Below are positions 38,061 to 46,312 of a DNA stretch of 64,000 nt, in pieces. Below the pieces are notes generated by a model. It made no database searches, was not told the DNA's origin, and saw nothing but the letters and a program-made list of their open reading frames with translations. The DNA comes from Gemmatimonadota bacterium (GTDB lineage: Bacteria > Gemmatimonadota > Gemmatimonadetes > Palauibacterales > Palauibacteraceae), in the NCBI GenBank assembly GCA_039590175.1, contig JBDHFW010000006.1:23403-87402 (forward strand), in the 5' to 3' direction. The number at the start of each line of letters is the position of its first letter. The first letter of the stretch is position 1. The translations under genes were made by a program, and so were the position numbers.

Positions 38061-39220
38061 CCGCGTCGGCTCCGATGGAGCGCCCTGTCGAGTGGACGGC
38101 GCGCCTGGGTCGGGCGCTTCGTGAAGAAGGGGTGCCTTGCACGGTTTTGGAGTCCCTGACCGCCTGCGAGGCGCTCGAGCAGCTCGACGCCTCCGACGGG
38201 CTCGACGTGTACTTCGGGCTCAAAGCGGCCTTCACCTCATCGCCTGACCACAAGACCGCCTACGAGCGCTGTTTCTGGGCGCTTTGGGGGGGAAGTCAAC
38301 CCGGGGAGCGAGCTTCCGTCGACAGGGGGGCCTCGGAGCGCAGCGAGCGAGGGGTCGCCGGAGGCGGAGCCGCACCCCCGACCGTCCTCGAGCGTCTTCA
38401 TCGAGCCGGCGCTGCGGAAGATGCCCGGGCACGGCACGCCTCAGACGTGGCAGGGGCCTCCTACAGCCCCGACGAACGGCTCTCCCATCGCTCGTTCGAA
38501 TGGATGGACGAGCGCGACTTGCGCCGCGTAGACCGAATCTTCGACCGAATCCTGCTCCGGCTCGCCACCCGCAAGAGCCGCCGATACCGTCCGCACCGCC
38601 GCAAGGGGCGGCTCGATCTTCGCCGCAGCTTCCGAGACGCCGTCGCACACGACGGCGAGCTCCTTCGGCTGGCCCGGAGGCGGCGAAGGCTCGAGCGCCC
38701 GCGCGTCGTCCTCCTGTGCGACGTCAGCGGCTCGATGGAGCGGTACAGTCGCTTCCTGCTTCGCTTTCTACTCGCGGCCGGACGCGACCGGGATGTCGAG
38801 AGCTTCGTGTTCTCCACGCGCCTGACGCGGCTGACGCCATGGCTCTCGGCTGCGCATGTGGATCAGGCGCTCGATTCGCTCGGAACCCGCGTGCACGATT
38901 GGTCGGGCGGGACGCGAATCGGAGAGTGCCTGGACGACTTCGTGCGAAAACACGGACGATCCCTGCTGGGCCAGCGGACCGTCATGGTGATCCTCAGTGA
39001 TGGCCTGGACCGCGGTGATGTGAGCCTTCTGGAGCGAGCCATGCGCGCCATGCACCGAAAGACCAGGAAAGTGATCTGGCTGAATCCGCTACTCGCGAGC
39101 TCCCAGTACGAGCCCGCGGCGAGGGGGATGCGCGCCGCGCTTCCCCACATCGATATCTTCGCGCCCGGGCACAACCTCGAGAGCCTCTTGGAGCTCGAGC
39201 GACACCTGACGCTCGCTTGA
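38057..39220 (+). CDS. coxE: VWA-domain protein (CoxE)
   Basis: VVLLCDVSGSMERYSRFLLRFL carries the MIDAS DxSxS motif. VMVILSDGLDRGD. Start overlaps the coxD stop. Confidence 0.8.
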   Translation: MTASAPMERPVEWTARLGRALREEGVPCTVLESLTACEALEQLDASDGLDVYFGLKAAFTSSPDHKTAYERCFWALWGGSQPGERASVDRGASERSERGVAGGGAAPPTVLERLHRAGAAEDARARHASDVAGASYSPDERLSHRSFEWMDERDLRRVDRIFDRILLRLATRKSRRYRPHRRKGRLDLRRSFRDAVAHDGELLRLARRRRRLERPRVVLLCDVSGSMERYSRFLLRFLLAAGRDRDVESFVFSTRLTRLTPWLSAAHVDQALDSLGTRVHDWSGGTRIGECLDDFVRKHGRSLLGQRTVMVILSDGLDRGDVSLLERAMRAMHRKTRKVIWLNPLLASSQYEPAARGMRAALPHIDIFAPGHNLESLLELERHLTLA

Positions 39221-39224
39221 ACCC

Positions 39225-40709
39225 TTGAGCTTGATGCGAACCATGAGACCCAAGAGCTTCTCCCTCACCGGAGCCGTGGCGTTTCCCTTGATCGTCGGCG
39301 CCGTGGTCCCCGCGACCGCTCAGCCCACCCCTGGTCTGCTCGAGACCGTCGACAGCGTCTTCGTCTCTCAGGCCGGTGACACGGTGGCCGCCCAGTACGG
39401 CTTCCTTTGGGTGCAGGAGAATCGGTCCGAGCAGAACGATCGCATGATCCGGCTCGGCTTGGTTCGCTTCCCCAGCACGTCGCCCGACCCCGGACCGCCG
39501 ATCGTCTATCTGGCCGGCGGGCCTGGGGGCTCCGGCATCGACGCGGCGCGCGGACTTCGTTTCCCGCTCTTCATGGCGCTTCGCGAGGCTGGCGACGTCA
39601 TCGCGCTCGCCCAGCGCGGCACCCGCGGATCGATCCCCTATCTGACCTGTCCGGATCCGTGGGTCTACCCGCTCGAGCAGTCGCTTACGCGAGAGACCTT
39701 CCTGCAAACGATGCTGGAGTGGGCTCGGATTTGCGCCGACTACTGGCGCGGATTGGGCATCGACCTCGCCGCCTACAACACGGCCGAGAACGCGGACGAC
39801 GTGGAGGACCTTCGGCAGGCCCTGGGGGCGGAGCAGGTGAGCCTGCTGGGCATCAGCTACGGAACCCATCTCGCGCTTTCGGTGATCAGGAGGCACCCTG
39901 CCGCCGTGTATCGCGCAGTGCTCGCCGGCGTCGAGGGGCCCGATCAGACCCTCAAGCTCCCGAGCAGCATCCAGAAGGTGCTGGTACGCGTGGACAGCCT
40001 CGCGCGCGCCGACACGGTCGCCAGCGCCAGATTCCCCGACTTCCTCGGCTCCGTGACTGCGGTGCTGGACAGCCTCGAACGCGCCGCCGTGACCGTGGAG
40101 GGAGAGCATCCATCCACAGGCGAGCCGACCCCGTTGACGATCGGGAAGTTCGACATCCAGTGGCTCACCGCCGGTTCGATCGGGAACCGTCAGATCCTCA
40201 CTCAGCTTCCCTTCATTTACGAACGGCTGGATGCGGGCGACTACGGCTCGATCGCACCGTTCATCGCCAGCAGCCGGTCACGGAGCATGTTGGCGATGAC
40301 CTTCGCCATGGACTGTGCATCAGGCGCGCCGGCCGAGCGGCTGGAGCGGATCCGGAGGGAGGCCGAGGAGACCCTGCTCGGAGACGCGGTGGACTTCCCC
40401 CAGCCCTACATCTGCGACGCGTGGCCTCACGCAGCTCCCGACGAAGCCTTCTGGGCGCCCGTCCGGTCGGGCATCCCCGTTCAGTTCATCAGCGGAACGC
40501 TGGATGGGCGCACGCCTGCCTCGAACGCGGATGAGGTAAGACAGGGCTTTCCGAACAGCGGACATCTCGTCCTGGAGGGCGCCGGGCACAGCGACGATCT
40601 GCTGCTGAGCTCACGGCGCATCCCGGAGATTATCCTGAGCTTCCTTCGCGGCGGCCCGGCGGTCGACGAGGTCGCCGGCGTTCCGTTCCGGATCTTCGTG
40701 CCCGAGTAG
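39225..40709 (+). CDS. Secreted alpha/beta-fold hydrolase (S33-like aminopeptidase/esterase family)
   Basis: Signal peptide MRPKSFSLTGAVAFPLIVGAVVPATAQP. GISYGTHLAL is the nucleophile elbow GxSxG. PIVYLAGGPGGSG. Confidence 0.75.
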   Translation: MSLMRTMRPKSFSLTGAVAFPLIVGAVVPATAQPTPGLLETVDSVFVSQAGDTVAAQYGFLWVQENRSEQNDRMIRLGLVRFPSTSPDPGPPIVYLAGGPGGSGIDAARGLRFPLFMALREAGDVIALAQRGTRGSIPYLTCPDPWVYPLEQSLTRETFLQTMLEWARICADYWRGLGIDLAAYNTAENADDVEDLRQALGAEQVSLLGISYGTHLALSVIRRHPAAVYRAVLAGVEGPDQTLKLPSSIQKVLVRVDSLARADTVASARFPDFLGSVTAVLDSLERAAVTVEGEHPSTGEPTPLTIGKFDIQWLTAGSIGNRQILTQLPFIYERLDAGDYGSIAPFIASSRSRSMLAMTFAMDCASGAPAERLERIRREAEETLLGDAVDFPQPYICDAWPHAAPDEAFWAPVRSGIPVQFISGTLDGRTPASNADEVRQGFPNSGHLVLEGAGHSDDLLLSSRRIPEIILSFLRGGPAVDEVAGVPFRIFVPE

Positions 40710-40777
40710 GCATCACTCCTTCGGCCAGGACACCGTGCCCAGGTGCGTGTTAGCGAAGCCGCCGGGCAGCGGCCCGG

Positions 40778-41272
40778 TCAGCTCTGCCGGAGAAGAGAGT
40801 GAATGCGCCGGAAGATCGCCTCTGACGCATCGCCGCCGACCTCGAGATTCGACATGATCCGCCGCGTCGTAAAGACGCGAACCACGGTGCGTGGGCCCTC
40901 TCGGCTGGATTGCTCCGGCCATTCGACCTCCACCCGGAGAATCGTGCCCGCGTCGAAAGGCGTCGGGAACTTGTCCGCGTGGATCACGTGCTGGCCTCCA
41001 TCGGCGACGCTGTAATCGCCGCGAATGTCATAACCTTCCTGTAGCACGGCGGACCTGGTGGCCAGCAAGACCTGATCGAACTCGCCCGAGAAGACGAAGT
41101 ATCGACCCTTCTCATCCGAGGGAGCTTCGCCGGATGCGACGGTGCCGGGCTCGGCTTCCTGTGGACTGCCTCCGCTCGCGCAGCCGGACAGGCTGATCGC
41201 TCCTACAATGATGATCGGGACGGGGCGCAGCTTCGCGCTCCTGATCTTCTTGTCGTTGTCGTGGTTGTGCAT
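40778..41272 (-). CDS. Hypothetical lipoprotein
   Basis: IIIVGAISLSGCASGG gives a lipobox. The mature domain YFVFSGEFDQVLLATRSAVLQEGYDIRGDYSV is unassigned. Confidence 0.5.
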   Translation of the reverse strand: MHNHDNDKKIRSAKLRPVPIIIVGAISLSGCASGGSPQEAEPGTVASGEAPSDEKGRYFVFSGEFDQVLLATRSAVLQEGYDIRGDYSVADGGQHVIHADKFPTPFDAGTILRVEVEWPEQSSREGPRTVVRVFTTRRIMSNLEVGGDASEAIFRRIHSLLRQS

Positions 41273-41442
41273 CCGATCTCGCTTGGTACGCCGATGGCGG
41301 GTTGTCTTGGGCTCACTACCCGTGAGGCGGGTCACTGATCGTCATGGCGTGTGGAGTGGGCAGGTGGGTCGGCTAGGTGATGGACGGCCTCCGGGCGCCC
41401 GCCACGGCTCGATCGGATGCCCGGCTCAGTCGGATGCTTCGC

Positions 41443-42900
41443 TCAGTCGGATGAAGAGCAACCGCTCGCGTCATAGTCGCGCCGGACCTCTTCGATCGCT
41501 GCCACGAGTCCCTCGCCTTCGGCGGCCTCTTTGTCGGGCCAGTCAGGACCGGCCGTCAGGGTCTCGGCTGCAGCCTCGACTCGCCTGAAGGCCGTCGTCA
41601 GCAGCTCACAAGCCGCAGTTTCGCCCTCGTAGGCCGCCGCCGTGCGGACGCGCTCGTACTCCTGGATGCGCGCCAGGAGGGTCTGGCGAGCATCGCCGGG
41701 CGGGCTCGCGAAACTCATATCGGAATCCGCGGACGGAGCTCCGGGGCCTTGCCCGCGCGCCATCGGGATCGCCCCGGCCTGCCCGTCCGCGGTTGTCTGA
41801 CTCGTTGGGATGAGGGTCTCGGCCAGCGCCCGGGCCAAGGCTCTCGTCTGAAAGCGTGCATCACCCACCATCGCCGCGAGGTCGACGCGGCCCGTGGCCG
41901 ATGCGGCGGTCAGTCCGCCGACCGCGATCGCGAGAATGCCGGTGGCCGCAGCCAGCCGGTGGATTCGTCGGCGACGTCGCTGCTTCTTCCTGGCCTTGAG
42001 GAAGTGGGGGAGCAGAACGGATGGGGCGGGCGCCCCCCCTGTCTCCGCGCTAACCTCATCCTCGTTTGCCCGCCCCTTGTTTCCATTCGTCCCATTGCCC
42101 GGGAGCGCTCCCGGATCCGACACGGTGGCGGTCTCGGAGGCGTCGATCACGAACTCGAAGGCCGCCTCTCGCGAACGCATCCCGGAGTTCTTGACCGAGC
42201 GGTCGGGCTTGTAGTTGGACCAGCTGATCCACGACTCGACTCTGCCGCCGTTCAGTTTCCGCACCGGAAGGACTTCGTAAAAAGCAGCCGGTGTGCTGCG
42301 GAAGGCACCGGTTCGGGAATCTCGCTGGAAGAAGCCCGCCTCACGGTTGGCCGTCTGCGACGTGAGCACGAGAGCGCATTGCCAGCGGTTCGGAAAATGG
42401 GCCAGGTGAATCCGCTCGTCGCTCTTGGAGAAGGAGATCCCCAATCTGGGGTGGGCGTGATACCACCCGACGAGCGTCCGCTCGTGCGCGCTCACCTTCA
42501 TGCTGAGCGAGAGCCAAAACTCCCTGAACCGGGCGAGGTCGACGGGATCTTCGCTCTCCGGCATCGAGTGAGGGGCTGGGTGCGCCTCCTCGATAGACAG
42601 GTATGACGTGTCCGACTCGGGGCAGCGGGCGAGCCGGCCCGAGAACATGCCATACCCCTCGCGGCCGCCGGGCGCCGAGAGATGCTTCGCGATTTCTCTC
42701 AGTGCCGCTTGCCAGACGAAGAGGTCTATGTCGCGGGCTTCCGGGGACTCGGCCGAGTCCCAGGCCTTCGGTGTCCAGAGGACGGAGCTGCCGACCGGCT
42801 TGGGGACGGTCGGGAGTGAGAGCTCGACGCCGTTGCCCGAGGCTTCGGGCGGCGCTGGCTCCTCCCCGCCTACCTGATGCTGCCCCCACCATTCTGCCAT
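41443..42900 (-). CDS. Membrane protein with an N-terminal JAMM/MPN+ metalloprotease-like domain, a central TM helix and a C-terminal domain
   Basis: HERTLVGWYHAHPRLGISFSKSD fits JAMM H-x-H-x7-S-x2-D, with upstream Glu (SIEEAHP). TM segment LAAATGILAIAVGGLTAASATG. ATG at 42900; the track start 42909 is GTG. Confidence 0.55.
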   Translation of the reverse strand: MAEWWGQHQVGGEEPAPPEASGNGVELSLPTVPKPVGSSVLWTPKAWDSAESPEARDIDLFVWQAALREIAKHLSAPGGREGYGMFSGRLARCPESDTSYLSIEEAHPAPHSMPESEDPVDLARFREFWLSLSMKVSAHERTLVGWYHAHPRLGISFSKSDERIHLAHFPNRWQCALVLTSQTANREAGFFQRDSRTGAFRSTPAAFYEVLPVRKLNGGRVESWISWSNYKPDRSVKNSGMRSREAAFEFVIDASETATVSDPGALPGNGTNGNKGRANEDEVSAETGGAPAPSVLLPHFLKARKKQRRRRRIHRLAAATGILAIAVGGLTAASATGRVDLAAMVGDARFQTRALARALAETLIPTSQTTADGQAGAIPMARGQGPGAPSADSDMSFASPPGDARQTLLARIQEYERVRTAAAYEGETAACELLTTAFRRVEAAAETLTAGPDWPDKEAAEGEGLVAAIEEVRRDYDASGCSSSD

Positions 42901-43276
42901 TTGCCTCACGCTATCACGTGATACGACCGTGATTTACAGCGTTCCAAAGCTGATTAAGCGGCTGACAAAAGGACGGTTGGGCGTACAGGCGGGACGCATC
43001 ACGGTAGCAATCGGGAGATCCGGAGTCAACCCGAGCCCACGCCTCGGGTGACCCCTGCGACTCACGACGAGACGCCGCGACAGCCGCGTCCCGCCGACGA
43101 CGACCGGCCTGCCAGCCGCGAAGCTGACCTCGTGCATCAACCAAACGGGCGTCGCGCAACCGCCTCTCTGACGCGGGCCTCTCGCACCCAGTGCGGATAG
43201 AGCTCCGAGCCGTAGTAGATCAGCGAGGGCCACCCTGGTTCCCTTTGATAAAGCTCGTCTCCCTCGTCGACGGACG

Positions 43277-43375
43277 TAATCCACACAGGCGGGGATAACT
43301 CGATGGCGGAAGCCGGACCCTTTGTGATCCAGAACCACACGGACTTATCTAATTTTTATCCACAACTTGTCCACA
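43277..43375. promoter_or_regulatory. Cluster of DnaA-box-like 9-mers in an AT-rich patch of a 1.15-kb noncoding region
   Basis: TAATCCACA at 43277-43285, TTATCCACA at 43356-43364, TTGTCCACA at 43367-43375. The consensus is TTATCCACA. Flanked by aatttttat. Confidence 0.3.
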
Positions 43376-43436
43376 ATTATCGAGGACCAGTTTTTCCAAA
43401 ACATAGACCAGGAGGCTAGCAGCTCGGTGACCGGTT

Positions 43437-43466
43437 CAGGCGCTGTGAGTCCAGGCGCTGTGAGCC
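43437..43466. repeat. Tandem duplication of the 15-mer CAGGCGCTGTGAG(T/C)C
   Basis: caggcgctgtgagtc caggcgctgtgagcc. Confidence 0.4.
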
Positions 43467-43654
43467 CGTGCATGTGACCCAAGGGCAGCCCAGGCTCGCA
43501 AATGAACGTTGAAGAGCTGAAGCGGGATGCTGCGGCGGATGCGGATGCTCGGACGGAGGGCATCACGGAGCATCGGGGATAGGCGGAATACCCGATCTCG
43601 CGAAATGGCGCGGAGCCTAGATACGACATGGAACCCAGATATACCTAGATGTAC

Positions 43655-43693
43655 TCAGCCCCCGTGCACTCCGAAGAGTGTCGGGGGCTGAGA
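43655..43693. other. Perfect 11-bp stem hairpin (CTCAGCCCCCG / CGGGGGCTGAG) with a 17-nt loop; a possible terminator or structured RNA element
   Basis: ctcagcccccg tgcactccgaagagtgt cgggggctgag. Not followed by a U-tract on either strand. Confidence 0.3.
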
Positions 43694-44058
43694 GGACGAT
43701 TGACTTACCCTTGCGAGTAAACCCGTCTGCCTCCTGGCAATTCAGTCTCGGTCGATTGCGCTTCTCTTTCGAGACCACACCGATCTGGTACCAGCTTCAC
43801 CCGATCCGCGGTTCGGCGTCTGTTTTCCGGGCCTAAGCCAGTCGGGCGACCGGTGCTTCTTCCAGAGGGTGCGACGATCCGGCTCGCCGGTGCCTCCTCC
43901 TTGAGCACACCCAATCATAAAAAAAAACTTTTTGTTGTGCAACCCCCGTGGCGGGGCAATGAGTGTTTTTCCAAAGTTTCGTAGCGGTCATCCTTGAGCC
44001 ACGCGGCCGACTGGCATCCATTCGGATCAATTAGGACCACGCAAGCGGCCGCTCCTCC

Positions 44059-46140
44059 TCAGCACTCAGCCACGCGCGTCACCACTCCTCGCCCGTGGAC
44101 GTTGTTGCTGCGGTTTGCATCGGGCAGCATGCCCCGCGGATCGACGTGCACCGTCCGCACGTTCTTCTCCTCGAACTCCACCGTGTAGGTGTCGCTGTCG
44201 CGCCAGATGTCCACCGGGAGCTTGCGGCACTCGTCGGTTCCGTCACGAAACACGAAACGAACCTCCATCGGCATCACGACGTCACCACGATTCCGGATGG
44301 TGACGGTGCTGTTTCCGTCCTCACGGGTCACATCCGTCACCGCCTGGTCCAGGTAGCCGTTGCCGTAGAGCCACGAGTTCCAGTACCAATCGAGATCCTC
44401 GCCGGATACATCCTCCATCGTCCGAAAGAAGTCGGCGGGCTGAGGATGCTTGTAGGCCCAGCGCTCAATGTACGTCGTAAACCCTTCGTCAAAGACCTCG
44501 GGGCCCAGCACGTACTCACGCAACAGGTAGAGCACCATCCCTGGCTTCGTATATCCGAGGAAGCCGAGTTGGGTCTCGCTCAGATGATCCGGCGCTGTCA
44601 TGATCGGCTCGGCAAGATCCTCGGATCGAGTGAGCCGCGCGCTGTTTCTCGGTAGCACGGGATCGGCCGGCCACGCATCGGCGCCCCCGTAGTCCGTCAG
44701 CGAGTAGTGGTTCATGAAGGTGTTGAACCCTTCATCCATCCACGCGTAGCGACGCTCATCGGATCCGACCAGCATCGGAAACCAGGCGTGGGCGATCTCG
44801 TGATCCGTGACGAGGAACAGCCCGAGCCCGCGAGCCTCGACCGAGCAGAAGACGATCATCGGGTACTCCATCCCCAGCGCCGTCCCCGCCACGTTGATCG
44901 CCACCGGGTACGGATACCGGTACCACTGGGTGGAGTAGAACTCAATCGCGTGGAGGACGTACTCCGTCGACATCTCCCATCCCGGTACCGGAGGACCACG
45001 CCCACCCACCCCGAGACCCTCTTCGGGATAGAACGACATCGCGAGGATCCCGTCCCAGCTGCTGGCATCCCAGATGAACGCTCGTGATCCGGCCCAGGCG
45101 AAGTCACGCACGTCCTCGGCGCGGAATTTCCAGGTGAGAGGGCCCGTCCCGATCGGTCGATACTCTTCCTTGCCCACGTGTTCCTTTTCGACGATCGGAA
45201 CGGTCGCGGTGCTCCTCCCGGCCAGCTCCAGCCTCTGTCGCTGGTGGGCCGTCAGGACCTCCTCCGGGTTCTGCAGCTCACCGGTGGCCGCGATGATGAA
45301 GTCGCGCGGAACCGTGATCTCGACATCGAAATCGCCGAATTCAAGGTAGAACTCCCCCTGCCCCAGATACGGCATCGCGTTCCAGCCGTTGACGTCGTCG
45401 TAGACAAAGACTCTCGGATACCACTGGGCGAGCTCGTAAACCGTACCCTTCTTCACCTTGAGGCGACCCATCCGATCGGCGCCCGACTCGGGGATGGTGA
45501 ACGAGAAGTCCACCTCGATCTCCAGCTCTCCGCCTACGGGCTGCACCGGCCGGTCGAGCTGGATCTCCATGATGGTGCCATCGATCTCGTACGGGACCTC
45601 GAGCAGAACCTCGTCTCGAATGACGGCGACCCGCTCGATGTCGTAGCCGCCGCCCTCGAACATCCCCTGGAATCGGACGTCGCCAGCCTCCTCTTCCATC
45701 CGCGCCGCTCTTTCCGCTCCGCGGCTCTCTGGCCGGAAAAGATTCTGGTCGAGCTGGAGCCAGATCGATGAGAGGGAATCCGGGCTGTTGTTCGTGTACG
45801 TGACCTTCTCGCTGCCCGTGATCCGGTGGGTCTTGGGATCCAACGCCACCTTGATCTCGTAGCTCACAGCCTGCTGCCAGTAGGAAGCGTTCGGAGCGCC
45901 GGGGGCCGTTCGGAACTCGCCGGGGGAGGGTACGTCGACGGGCCGGAAGACTCCGTCGGCGGCCAACTCCTCTGCAGCTTCCGCGGCCTCCTCTGCCTGG
46001 CCCTCGCCGGCCGGAACCGAACCGGCCGCCGGCTGCAGCGAGTCGGGCGGGGCCTGCCCCAGCACGTCGGAAACGGCGGCCGAAATGCTCAGCGCCGCAA
46101 GGGCGGCGACAAGGAATGCGAGTCGGGTCGTTGGCTTCAT
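44059..46140 (-). CDS. Secreted M1-family zinc metallopeptidase (aminopeptidase N-like)
   Basis: Signal peptide MKPTTRLAFLVAALAALSISAA. HEIAHAWF is the HExxH. A downstream E sits in WMDEGFNTF. GAMENP-like GMEYP. 693 aa. Confidence 0.85.
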   Translation of the reverse strand: MKPTTRLAFLVAALAALSISAAVSDVLGQAPPDSLQPAAGSVPAGEGQAEEAAEAAEELAADGVFRPVDVPSPGEFRTAPGAPNASYWQQAVSYEIKVALDPKTHRITGSEKVTYTNNSPDSLSSIWLQLDQNLFRPESRGAERAARMEEEAGDVRFQGMFEGGGYDIERVAVIRDEVLLEVPYEIDGTIMEIQLDRPVQPVGGELEIEVDFSFTIPESGADRMGRLKVKKGTVYELAQWYPRVFVYDDVNGWNAMPYLGQGEFYLEFGDFDVEITVPRDFIIAATGELQNPEEVLTAHQRQRLELAGRSTATVPIVEKEHVGKEEYRPIGTGPLTWKFRAEDVRDFAWAGSRAFIWDASSWDGILAMSFYPEEGLGVGGRGPPVPGWEMSTEYVLHAIEFYSTQWYRYPYPVAINVAGTALGMEYPMIVFCSVEARGLGLFLVTDHEIAHAWFPMLVGSDERRYAWMDEGFNTFMNHYSLTDYGGADAWPADPVLPRNSARLTRSEDLAEPIMTAPDHLSETQLGFLGYTKPGMVLYLLREYVLGPEVFDEGFTTYIERWAYKHPQPADFFRTMEDVSGEDLDWYWNSWLYGNGYLDQAVTDVTREDGNSTVTIRNRGDVVMPMEVRFVFRDGTDECRKLPVDIWRDSDTYTVEFEEKNVRTVHVDPRGMLPDANRSNNVHGRGVVTRVAEC

Positions 46141-46312
46141 CCTCTATGTCCTGATCCTCTGAGGCCCTGTCGAAAGCCGGCGCGTTAATGTTGGCTTCGT
46201 GTACACAGAACGCTTCGGGTTCGGTCCGGGTTGCGCGTTACCCCGCAAGAGCTGACGCTGTCTTCTTGACGACCTCGGAAGGCACCCGGTAACAGGAGAC
46301 GCGGAGCGGCGG

